From assembly GCA_009103225.1 (NCBI GenBank), contig RHPI01001292.1, positions 225,243-289,242 of the forward strand: a stretch of 64,000 bases of DNA, read 5' to 3'. Position numbers and translations under genes: made by a program. Of the stretch, positions 1 through 11,570 are shown piece after piece (positions within the stretch are counted from its first letter, which is position 1; the number at the start of each line of letters is the position of its first letter). The notes beneath the pieces were generated by a model. The model was given only the letters and a program-made list of their open reading frames with translations. It made no database searches and had not been told where the DNA came from. Origin of the DNA: Chlorokybus atmophyticus (lineage: Eukaryota > Plantae > Mesostigma and Chlorokybus algae).

Positions 1-2
1 AC

Positions 3-677
3 CTGCAAAATCTTCATGAGCACAACTTCATCTGAGCCCGGATCTGTTGCTTCAAACCGGCAGTGCGTCGTGGCATCGGCAATCATGCGAATAGCTTCAT
101 TGGCATTTACAACGTGCACGCCAATGACGCCATAGGTCACCAGCTTGAATATGGCCGACAGAGCCATCCCCGTAATTGGTCCGCTTGTCTCAACAGACCT
201 TACGACCTCCAAAAAGGGCCCCAGATATAGCAGAGGATCGACCTGGACAGGCGGATTGTCTGACTGGGTATGTCAACAAAGCTCACACCCACAAAAGTAT
301 CACTACTACAATGTATCACCTGTGACCAGTCCTGCCAAGCAAAAATCTGCCTTCGCAAAGCCTTGAAGTCCTGCCGCACACAGCCAAAAGCTTATGCATT
401 GCCGCACTTGTAACTCATCCTGTCTGCAAGTAAAACTAAAAAGAGCAGTGACTGCATTCGTGCTTGCACAGTCGATTGTCTGTGCGAGCTGTACCTGCAA
501 CAGAGGGTCATCATTGGCTTCGTCGTCAGTGAAGCGTGGCACCACAGCCCATTTTGCGTTCTGCCGCATCATGGCCATGACTCCTTGAATCTCGGCGTTG
601 AGCAGGCTGGGCACATGCATGCCGTATGTAGGGTCCTCGACCCCACGAAGAGCAGTGGAGATCATCATGGCTGTCAT
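3..677 (-). CDS. GBF1: ARF guanine-nucleotide exchange factor, GBF1/GNOM family; 5' exons 677-495, 370-320 and 242-3; gene continues beyond the left edge
   Basis: GT-AG spliced translation SLLNAEIQGVMAMMRQNAKW...DFKALRRQIFAWQDWSQVDPLLYLGPFLEVVRSVETSGPITGMALSAIFKL...HCRFEATDPGSDEVVLMKILQ matches the N-terminal DCB region of plant GNOM/GNL as I recall it (SCRFEVTDPASEEVVLMKILQV). Which ATG is used (677/668/665/620) is uncertain. Confidence 0.93.
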
Positions 678-727
678 TTTATCTGCCTAACAGTGCAAGG
701 CTAATAAGCCCTGTTGAGTGCAGCGTC

Positions 728-1032
728 CTACATAGGTTTCTGGTAGACGTTCTCATCCAAAAACTCCTCGATCTTCTTCTTCAGCATATTGCCCACTGTC
801 TCCTGCACCAACAGGTGCGTATCGTCCAGATCTGCAATGACAAACTTCTCGCTGGGTTTCATCTCATCATTGACTGAGAGTATGTATTGCTTGGTCGGAA
901 TGTCACTGCAATATATCACCTTCGTCAGTAATCCGTGACTAACAAGAGGATGGTTGACTGCCAACACAAACGTGGCTGTTTGACACCCCACACTTACCAC
1001 TCAATAAACAGCCCCTTCAAGGCAATCACCAT
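728..1032 (-). CDS. TFB5: TFIIH subunit p8/TTDA (Tfb5), 70 aa; exons 1032-998 and 905-728
   Basis: Spliced MVIALKGLFIECDIPTKQYILSVNDEMKPSEKFVIADLDDTHLLVQETVGNMLKKKIEEFLDENVYQKPM*. Donor GTAAGT and acceptor TTGCAG keep the frame. Has the Tfb5 motifs CDIP and LDxTHLxV. Confidence 0.93.
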
Positions 1033-1802
1033 GCTGCGCAAATCATCTCATCAACCTTCCTGACTTCGCTGAAGGACCTGAGAATATGACAATGGTAAAA
1101 GTTGCACATGGTGGTAAAAGCCAACCCTGACCTAGTGCAACACAAAGAGTGCGCACTCAGCATGACTGGACGGCCTGCAATCACGTGTGCTGCTGGCGTA
1201 CAACTAAGTCGGCATATAGGACGTAATGCGCCGCAAACGCTTGCAAAGACAACCAGCTTCTGACTATCTCTCTCTGTCGCAGCAATGCGGACCAGCACAC
1301 AAATCAGAATTCGCCTAGGACGGTTACAAGCATGCTATAACTCGCTGCGCATGGAAGCTATCTGAGTGTCCGTGGGGAACCCACTCCACGCAACAATTTG
1401 TATGCTGAACATAGTTGACTTTAAGTGGATACAAGCACAACAGCAAATAAAGCAGTGTTCAGACCCTTGTCGCCCATCAAGGCAAGAAGGATAAACAGAT
1501 CAGCAGCTTACCGCTGTTTGCAGCCCGTTCCTGCTGAGTTTGACAACACAACCCGGTGTGCCCAAAGGTTCCACGCAGCAGGCGCCCCTACCTACAGTCT
1601 CTCCTGCCGCCCGGCGCCGCCCGCCTGAGAAGGAGCGTTGGTTGATTTGACACAGTGCCCAGCTGGCAGTGGAGAAATGAAACCCTAATCCAGGTAGTGC
1701 CGTAAAGTGCACGGAGCTAAGCCGTACTGTGCTACGTGGCAGCGGCGGCGGCGGCGGCGGTGATCAGTCTGTCCGTCTCCTTGTCCTTGACCTGCGGACG
1801 CC

Positions 1803-2504
1803 ATGCCGTACGAGAGCTTGCCGCCGTTCTTGCTCATCGTTGGGGGGCTCGCTGCCGCTGGGGGACTTCAGGCTGCTGTGCAGAAGCTGTTCTACGGCAA
1901 GGTTTGGCCTGCTAGCTGCTACTCCTTGCTGCTTAATGGACATACAGATTATCACAAATGAATATAGATTGGTAAATGCGAGTGGTTACTTTCTGTGGCA
2001 TGCTAATAATGCACATCCTGTGTCGCCGCTGTAAGGAGCCCACTGTGTTTGGTAATTACAAGACGCATGGCTGGCTCGTACATCATGGTGTCGTGGTAGT
2101 AGGGCATAGTGACTTAATAACTAGCTGATCATAGTGCAGTCTGGTAATATTGACTGTGGAGCTGTGCATACTGATGTTGATTGTCGCTGGTAGCAGACTG
2201 GCACTGGCTGTGGTAATGCAAGCATAGCTGTCGACAAAGTTGTTAGTTTTTGGTGGCTTTGGGCTATCGACAGAACATGACCGAGTTGATGTGCTCACTT
2301 GCATGCTTGTGCAGCCAAAGGCTGTGCTTCAAGACGACTTTGATCGGTTGCTTCAAAAGCGGGATGACGAGCTGATCAGGGCCAAGCAGGTGCACTACGT
2401 TAATGTCCTGCTTGCAATTGCTTGATCAACCTATATTTTGTGAAAATATGTTTAACATGTGTGCCTGTTGTTTCGTGCAGAGAACTGCACATAGAAAGGA
2501 ATGA
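1803..2504 (+). CDS. NDUFA1: NADH dehydrogenase (complex I) subunit MWFE/NDUFA1, about 65 aa; exons 1803-1901, 2315-2389 and 2481-2504
   Basis: Spliced MPYESLPPFLLIVGGLAAAGGLQAAVQKLFYGKPKAVLQDDFDRLLQKRDDELIRAKQRTAHRKE*: N-terminal TM helix then GKPK...D.FD.L..RD, the MWFE pattern. All introns are phase-0 GT-AG. Not present as one ORF in the ORF track. Confidence 0.82.
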
Positions 2505-3349
2505 GTGGTTGGTTGCACATGGTTGAGTTACTAACTGGCTGAGGTTACACGCGACAAAGGAATGGCATACACAATAGCATGCCTGCGCTTGAGTTACCCC
2601 ACAGGAAGTCTGGGAGCTTTACAATGCAGTACATAGGCGTTCCAGTTTCAGTAGTACGTGCACATGAGTGGCGACATTGGCGATGCGCGTTGCTCGCCTG
2701 ATGCGCTCAGTGCGAGTAGGACGAAGGTAGCCGCGCAAAGATGCCACACTATGAGTGCAATGCTCTGCCTGCATGTAGATACAGCTTTGAGGATGCACAT
2801 GCCAAGCGCCTGTCATTCGCGGCAGTGATTACATTGTTCCAGTAGGTGAGCCTGTGCTTTCTAACAGAGTAAGGCACTGCAGTTATAAGAGCGCTTTGGC
2901 TGGGCCATGGGCTGACACGATTGTGGCCTCGCCACTACAAATATGACAAGGGCTACCATGCATTCAAATGAAATTCAAATGGATCAGTTGCAGATGGGAG
3001 CAAGCATGATGCTGTGCTGTTGGCTGGGCTGAGCGCGTTCATCAACACACATTCATCAATACACCTTATGAAGCCAGCTATTATAAAGCATGCGAGACCT
3101 GCGTGCATAGTGCTGTTACCGAGCACCGTACTGTGCGCAAGCACAGGCAACTTGTATATAGGTTTTACCTACATATGTCCAGGTTTGTGGCTGTGTCCAC
3201 ACACTCGCTAGTGGGCGGCTGCAGCTGTGTAGTGTACTTGCATGCTATGTATGGTGCAGTAGGCGTGGAGTACGATATGTAGCATGCCTGCACTGTTGCT
3301 GTATTAGTAACGAGAGTAGCAGCACTGGCAGGTGCGCGACCCCCTCACA

Positions 3350-3478
3350 TCGCCCACACTCACTCTCACACTCCATACTCACTCACTTACTCCCGCACCT
3401 CATCCTCACTCACTCACTCACTCACTCACTCACTCACCCACATCCCCAAATTCCCTCACCCACACTCCCACACTGAGT
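3350..3478. repeat. (CACT)n / C-A-rich low-complexity tract
   Basis: Directly visible cactcactcactcactcact run between the convergent NDUFA1 and SAC3 3' ends. Confidence 0.7.
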
Positions 3479-3809
3479 ACACTGTGCGCAAGTGCTTGCT
3501 GCCATGCAGAGTACATTGAGTTCAGCCAACGCTAACAACCACCAGCTGCGATGCAAGACAGTGGCTTTTAACCAGCATTCACGTGCGTGTGCGCATGTGT
3601 GCGTGCGCACGATGGAATCAATTGCTAAGTACCTCACCCTGTAAAACTTGCCCCAAAAGCTGCAGGATCATACCAGTTAGAGCAATGTTTTCTGTTCTAA
3701 GCTTGAGACTCACCAGTTGTGGGACATGTTTGCTATACCAACTGTCCTGCCCAACCAAATTCTCTTGTAACAACTGACATCATCCATGTCACAACCTCAC
3801 AGCGATCGC

Positions 3810-6800
3810 CTAAGCAGGGCTGACCACCAACGCCTGTTGCACCTGTTGAAACAGTTCACTCTCACTGCGCATCTGCTCATTGATGGCTGTCAGGATGTCC
3901 TCTGCAACAGTGACCACACCCTTCATCGGCAGTTGTGTTGGCGCTGTAACTGCATCATGTGCAACCTTTGTCACAAAACTGGGCTGATCTGAATCCATGT
4001 CCAGCGCATCCGTAAGCCACCTCTCCAGGCGAGACCACTGCTCATTTTCATGCACATTCTGCAGAGTGCAGTTGTGCATCTTAGACCCAGCTGAGCGCTC
4101 CAGCAGGCCCGCAACCATGGAAGCTGTGCGTTTCTTGTTAGAGGAAGGTACTTCTGGTGTTGTTCGCGCTCGCCTGCTCGCCAGCTGGCGTGATTGAGCC
4201 CTCAACGCATCCTCAAGGTCACTGAACTTGCGCTTCGGGACTGGTTCGGTGCGTGCCTGCTCATCCGCCTGATGGGTTGCAACCACCATGGCTTCATCTG
4301 CTTGTGAGACGTCCGCCTTGAAGGGTGATAAATAGGGAATGACAGCAACAGACGTTGGTTGTTCCGGACGCGGAAGAAACACCATGAGCTGCGGCTCGCT
4401 GTCAACAAATGACAGTCGGCGATAGATCAAGTCCATGAACAACAGACTCCAGCTTGAAGCTTGAGTCATGCTGCTGGGAACATAGCCAAGTGCATTGTCC
4501 AAGTATTGCATCCAGGTCTGTTCTGCTGTGTTTGTTGGCAGCTTCAGGCTGTCAACCAGTGACAAGAGTTCGGGAAGTTGGGCTGATAGTTGCCAGCTGT
4601 TCGCAGGCAGCCCATCCCCATCAATGCCCAGTGCTGTAATGAACTCCAGTGGAGGCCAAACGCTGTTTGTAATCTGGTGAGACTGCAAGTTAGCTTACAG
4701 CATCTTTGACCTGTTGCTGTGCCCAGCCAGAAGCAAAGGCAAGGTGCATGCACAAGGAAAGCAGTCCTTACTGATGAATGTGCGGCTGCAACTTGCTCAG
4801 CAATAGAGGACACTGCCTTGTTGAAGGCATCGATTATGCTGGCTGGGGTGTATATGTGATCCTCTTGCGAGAGCGCCTTTAGAAGAGGGGCAGTTGCTGC
4901 CTCCACCGCAGTTGCAAGTGGCATCACCTACAAAGACACAAGTCATAAAGTATGCCAGGCTAATGGCTCTGAAAGCATTGGAGCTGAACTCATGACATGG
5001 CAGGTAAAATAGCTGTAGAATGGGGCCTGCCTGACCTGGACAGCTGCTTGTTGCGGTGCATGCTTCGCCAGCCACTCAATGCCGCTTGCGAGTGTGTCAA
5101 GTTGCTGTGCAGGTGCCGATGCGCCTGACTCGCTCGGGCAAGCTCCAATGCGCACAATGTTCACAGCATTGACGCGTTGCTCGTCAAGCTCATGCATTGC
5201 AAGCCCGTCTCTCAATCTGGCCTCATAGTTGGCATCCTGCCCAATGGTCGTTGCAGCCGGCAGCAACAGCAGTAAAGGTATCTGCGCTCGCGGCGGCAAT
5301 CCATCAACAAGTCTGCGCAGCCGCTTGCCATCTGCCTTCAACCCATCATCGGAGCTGCCTGCTACAAGAAAAGTCACGCCTCCAGCTCCAGCCAGTTGAG
5401 TGGAAGGCACTTCCTCGGCTGATACATCCCTGGCACAGAAGAGCAGTTCTGGTGTTGTTGAGTCCCTGGAGCGCACCCGATACATGGACAGCACTTGCTG
5501 TTCTTGCGAGCTGCCCCTCTTGAACTTGGCTCGCAACCACTGCGCTGCCACAGCGGTCTCCCCGGTGTCATACTGCGATGAGCGGTCTTGCGCACCAGAA
5601 CAAACAATGACCTGAAACAACCTTGCAGGAGTGAGTGTTCAGACCATATGCTCGTCACCAGAGCAAAAACAAAAACAAGACCAGGCTTGCTCAAACCGCA
5701 CACTTGCCTTCCAGGTAAGCATCCTTGCATGCGGGTTGCGCTGCTGAAGGTGGTCCAATGCAACGACAGGGATGTCGAGTGGTTCCCATGACCCTAAGCC
5801 AACACTGTTCCGAGTGCGCTGTGAGGAGGGTTGACGTACGCGTGTAGGCTGTCTGCTGCCGACAGCCAGCTGGAGGCCAGGGCTGGGTGCGCAGGCTCTG
5901 AGAGACTGAAGAATCCTCTCTTCCCTGAGCAAGTCCACATGCGGTCGCAAACAACGCAGGAGGTCATCAAGCTGAATGCAGCATTGGTGAGGAGCACAAG
6001 CAAAGCTACAGCTGTTTGCGAGTCAAAGAAACAATAACTGCAATGCTGCAGAATGCGTCACTGTAATGGACTTTACTGCTAACCTGTTGCGAGCAAACAC
6101 ACGCTCGGCCACATGAAACCGCCATAATCGGAACCTCAGCAGCAACACAGCAAGCTGCTGCTTACGCATGTGTCGCGCCTTTTTCGCTGCTTCCAGAGCC
6201 TTCCTCTCCAACTCAGCCTTATGGCGCTTCTCTTTCTCCTGTTGGCGCCTTGCTGCTTGTGCTGCTGCGGCAGCTTCCTCCGCTGCCTTTGCCCTCGCCT
6301 GCAACTTTGCCTTCGCTGCTGCCTCTTCTTCCGCCGCTGCCGCCGCCGCTGCCCGTTGATTTGCCTGTCGGTTCATAAGGCTGCTGGCCATTGCACACGA
6401 TCGCAAATACTGTTTTGTGCCTTCTGCTGGAAACCGGGACAAATGCACAACCTACAATCTCTGCACTACCTCAGTCACTCACTTTGCTGTCGAGTGGATG
6501 CCGCCACAGCAGCCATGCCAATGCTGCATGGGCTAAGAGGCATGCTTCTGCCAGCTATGAATGAGATAAGCTTATGCGCGATACAGGCAGGAGTGCTACC
6601 TGACTGCGCAATGCAGCGGCGGTCGTTTCCGCAGCAGCGCGCTCCGCCCTATGCTTGCGATTTGCCTCAACTGCCTCGGCTCTGGCCAATGCCAGATGGT
6701 CGGCTGCCGCTTCCTGCGCGGCATGCTTCGGTACTTGTATCCTTTGCACTTCTCTGCTAGGCTCAGGTACTGGCACGAGTCCAGCTGAGGGCGGCACGAC

Positions 6801-9800
6801 TGTCAACTGCTGCTCCTGGAAACCATGTAGGCTTTGAGATTGCCGCGCAAGAGCACACTCTGATGTCGACTCACCCAAGTACCAACCTGTGCTTGAAGCT
6901 GGGGAGATGGTAGTACATGCACCTTGTTCACGGGAGACGGCCTTGACAGTGTGCGTGGTGCTGGCTGCAAAGCAATTGGACCCCCTGGCCATACGGGTGC
7001 TGTCAGCGTGTCTAACCGCTTTGTACCTGCGGACTTCTGTTCCACCATAGCCGAGCGTCGAACTGGGAAATCAGCCTACACAGTGACAACAGTGATCAGA
7101 AACAGCAGATGACATTGCCAGAGCAACAGTCAAGCTGTCCGCTGGTAACCTGAGGTTCTATGAATGTGCTCTCTTTGACCGCAAGAGCGCTTCCTCCCTG
7201 CTTCTCGGCAACAATGGTCAAGCCGTGGTGTTCTGCCAAGTCTTGCACTTCAGCTTCCTGCACGACAGCCAGCGCAAGCATTCAAGGCATGCAACCCAGT
7301 TGCAGATTGACAGTGAGCCAACAGTAGACAAACTTACACTTGCTGCTAGCATCGCTGCCAGGTCGCTCAGGGGATATGTGGAGCCTTTAGGGCCGGTAGA
7401 GTTTACGACTTGCAGTGCATGAGACCTCATCTGGCCGCAAGAGTGAGCATTGACCCGCATGTAAGTTGCAAAGAACAGGTACTGTGCTTCACTACACGAC
7501 TGATTCCCATGCAACAAGGGCATACGGGTATGGACTTCAACTGGCATTACATGTTCCATTTCACTGACTGGTAGGTTAACCCAACCAAGAAGTCACCCCT
7601 ATTTCAATCAAGAGATGCGTGTGCGTCTGTAAAATAGAACACGTTTCTGCCGCAATGACGCACCTTGTTGGCGAATATGTGCATGAGGCATGCTGGAAGA
7701 TACGGTGCTTGTTGTGCCAGCCGAAAGAACCCAACATAGTTACCAGAGCGATATGTGCTGCAGACAGATGTTGAGAGTGTGTTGCAAATTGCATCTCAGA
7801 ATAGGTAATGGATCACAAGCGAATTAGATGCATGCCTTACCGGTAAACGTCCAAAGAAAACCGCACAGCAGGCGAATTCAGCACTTCAGGGCGCATCTTC
7901 ATCCATCCCAGCATCACTTGTGATGTGTCTGCCTGCATGCAGAGGGATTCACTACATATCTCATGCAATTAAGATAATTTCCATTCACATGCACCTCAAC
8001 ACACCTTGTATCTGCCATGTGCGTCCAGCTGCAGCAGAATGTGGTATGCTTGAAACTCGGGCTCTGAGGGTATGACGTGGCCCTCATGCGCATGGTCCTC
8101 GTACATGTGATGAAGGGAGATAAGACACTTATTCAGTTGTTCCGTGTTGAGGTGGGAGTTGAAGCCCTCTGGGTTTGCCAAGGTAGCCACGTTCTCGCAC
8201 AGCTCGTGCTCAGAGAGAATCATAAATCTGACCTGTAGCATGATGTGTAAGCCCTCCGCCATCTCTGGAAATGCAATGGTAATCAATTAATACCATCTGC
8301 TCATGAAGCTCAATGCTCGTTTCATTAAAGATGCTTTGCAGGGTGAAGTCTTGACGGATGCTCCGCATGCGATCCCACAGGAACTTGTGAACGTCGTCAA
8401 AGTCCTGTCCTGGCAGATCCATCAAGCCTAGCAGATGCTCCATGGTGTGCCGCAACACCGGTGGCGGCCGCACGTCTGATGGCTTCGGGTCATCAACAGT
8501 CCTAGTAAACTGCAAGGCAGGCAATAGCTTGATACAGGGAAAGCGGCAACCTGGACCGGCTTAGCCCAAGATACAGCTACAAAGTCATGACAAACTTTGA
8601 CCTTTTTGACAGCTATGGCGGCAGAAGTCCTATCTGTTGTGCCACTGACGCGCTCAAAAGGATGCAAGTCTTCCAACCTCTCGCGGCGCTCGCGCTCAGC
8701 AGCTGTATGCACGGGTCAGAAATATGCAACGATGACACTGCATTTGATGTTAGATACCACTGCGGCTGACTGGTCACGTGACAACAGTGCAGAGACCCAA
8801 GCACACCTGGGCACATATCTGGACAAGTGCCTCGCAACGCAGCGGCGCGTTCCAGGTCCTGCTTTCCCGTCCCTCTGCAGATTGCAAGCATGTTTGTGTG
8901 TTGGCACACGTGTGGAATACTAGAAATGAACTGGCAGCAAGTAGGTTGTAGCTCTAAGAACTCAACAACACAAGTCTCATGCATGCAATGGACCTGCGAA
9001 AAGGCATCAGCGTCAAAGCAAGCATGACATGGCACAGCATGAGCTACCTTCCCACATCATCTTCATCATCCTCGCTGTCTGCTCTTGCTGGTGAAGCAGG
9101 CGTGTTGTTTTGCGGACTTCTGGCCTCCATGCGGGACGCACCAAACCGCTGAGCCCGCCTTGCCTTGGCCTCATCTGAGTCAAAATCTGCCTTGCCGGGA
9201 GTATCCGACTTCTTCTTCATCCAACCCGCAAATGAACCTTTGCCAACATCTACAGATAGGAATTAGTGAGTCAATACAACGCCTTGGCACACGTGATGCC
9301 ACTCAACCCCAAGCTGCACAGTCTTGAACTATCAGACCTTTTGGAATGTTGCCCTGGACAGCAGCAGACTTGACGGGTGGCTGTCTGGGAGGCTTCGCAG
9401 GTGAAGACGCAGGAGCAGGACTATCCACAGTAGCCTTCCCGTTGAGTCCCGCACGCAGTGCACGCGCAAAAGTGGTCCCGCCATCTGTGCCTGTGGTGGT
9501 CGGCTTTTGAGGCTGGGGTGAAGCGCGACGAAATGGTGGCATGTATGGGGCAACAGCTGCAGTGGAAGGTGCCTGTTGAGGTGCTGCAAAAATTGGTGCT
9601 TGGGAAGAGGGGCTAGCAGCTGCAAAGGGATTGACAGTAGCAGCTGCAGGACTGAGTGCATTGCCAAACAATGGTGTGCTGGCTGCAGGTGAAGTTAAGG
9701 CATGGGCGCCAAACATGGCTCCTTGTGGTGCTGAAGACCTGAAGCCACCAAATGTGGTAGCTGCGCTCTGCACTTGCGCGCTGCCGAACGTGAAGGTTGT

Positions 9801-10028
9801 CTGTGGCGTCCCTGGAACAGAAGAAGGGGAAGCGTGCGTCTGCGCAAGTGGTGGGAAGCCCAGCCCAGGAGGCGTGGAAAGCGTCTGCATGCCTGGCGTG
9901 ATGCGTGTAAACACGGACATGTCTGGCGACACTACCGGTGACACGGGGCTGCCAGCTGCCGGACCGAATGCAAAATCTGCTGCTGGAGTGCCAGCTGGCG
10001 CGCTTGGTGTTTGGGCTCTCTCGGTCAT
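3810..10028 (-). CDS. SAC3B: SAC3/GANP family mRNA-export (TREX-2) protein, SAC3B-like, multi-exon
   Basis: Exons encode ERLEDLHPFER...AVKK, DVRPPPVLRHTMEHLL...HKFLWDRMRSIRQDFTLQ and RFMILSEHELC...FNSHLNTEQLNKCLISLHHMY...EPEFQAYHILL (SAC3/GANP domain). Low-complexity F/P/S/A N-terminus (9303-10028) and long C-terminal exons to the stop at 3810. Internal boundaries not all resolved. Confidence 0.9.
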
Positions 10029-11570
10029 GTTTGCTGAAGTGCAGATAAATGTATATTAATCAAGATTGTGTGTGCACTCGCAGCTGTCATCCTCAGCCAC
10101 TGGGACAGGCATGACAGGGAGTCACATTGCTATCAACGATCCTGTTTTGCCAAGAAAACAATGCAGTTGCAGTACAGTACACTATCTGAACAATCAAAAT
10201 GTGTTACATAAGGAAATGATCTATTTCAAAACAAAATATGCACATGCAGAGTGCACAACCTCGATTACATATATCATAGGCAGAACAAAGGAAAACCGTA
10301 GAAACCAGTCTATAGCATCAATTAAACACTTGTGCATCAATGCAATTTAGGTTCAGCGCAGGCAACCGCTGGGTTTGCGTGATTGAAATACAATGGCATA
10401 CGTATGCATGAGGGACGCATGGCAACAGTTGCTACATAGACATATCAACCGCCAGGGCTTACCACATACACATCAGCTAATTGTCTGCTGTCAACGAACG
10501 AGACAGCTGGACTAAACTACCAGCATATGTGAGCGCAACATTAGTAACGTGCCACCGTTTAACACATTTCATGCCTTACCTAACAAATCAAGCTGTGTTG
10601 CGGCCGATTAGGAGATGCTCATTCAGCTAGCAACCACCTCTGGCCATCACGAAGCTGAGAGAGACCACTGCTCTTCGCCTGAGCAATGATTTTCACACGT
10701 ACATTATTCCAAGCCAACACCTCACCAGCAACGCGAGGGCGGAAACCGCCCACCTCCTCGCCGCTGCCGCCGCCACCACCACCACCACTGCTCTGACCAC
10801 AGCAGAAGCGTCAGCTGACCACAGCGCTAGGGTTCAATCGTCGACGAAAGCAACCAGTGCGTCGACGTTGCTCCTGTAGCGTTTGAAGCTGAAGGCAGGT
10901 GCTGGGCGCAGAGCTTGCTCATGTCGATTGGCACTCAGAGTGTGTGGGGCGGGAAGGCGGCGCAGTGTTCTTCTTCAAATGCAGTGTGGTACGTTACAGC
11001 CAAGCTGCATCCAGCGCTGAAGTAAAGCTGTAGCGAGCAATCCTCAAAGCCTCAGGTGGTTGCAGGACAAGCTCAGCTTGAACCTTTCCAGCTTCAGCTC
11101 AAGCAAAGTTGGTCCTCGCCAGTGCAAGTGCTGGTTATCGACACCGCATTGCTCTCCGCGTAAGTGGTCTGCTGGTACCAACATATTTGACTGTGAATGC
11201 AGCTAATTTTGCACATATAAAGCTTGTGTTTGCCTTGTCAATGCTGTTCCTGCAAGCCAAACGAGCAATGGCCGCAGGCGGGGTGCTGAGGCCGACACTT
11301 TCTTTAGTCGAGCACAACGCTGCTTGCGCAAAGCACTACTTGTGTTTGAGATGTTACCTTGACATGCTGTTTCTACATTTGTTGCTAGCATGTAGGTGAG
11401 TTCTTTTGTCCAAAGCACTACGAGTGCAAGCAACTATGTACGTGTTGCTTTACCTCTTACGTTCAACCATGTCTGCAGATGCTGCCTGTTCAATATGATG
11501 TGAACCGTTGACATTGCAAGCAGCATGACCGGGCGCTCTCAATTTTTCCGGTTCTGCTACTAGGCTTTGA

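Noticed and set aside
1425-1712. Short ORFs in the TFB5/NDUFA1 divergent region
   Set aside because: No recognisable motif or consistent splice path; likely promoter or 5'UTR.
6168-6760. Plus-strand Ala/Cys-rich ORFs
   Set aside because: Antisense shadows of the SAC3 coiled-coil exon.
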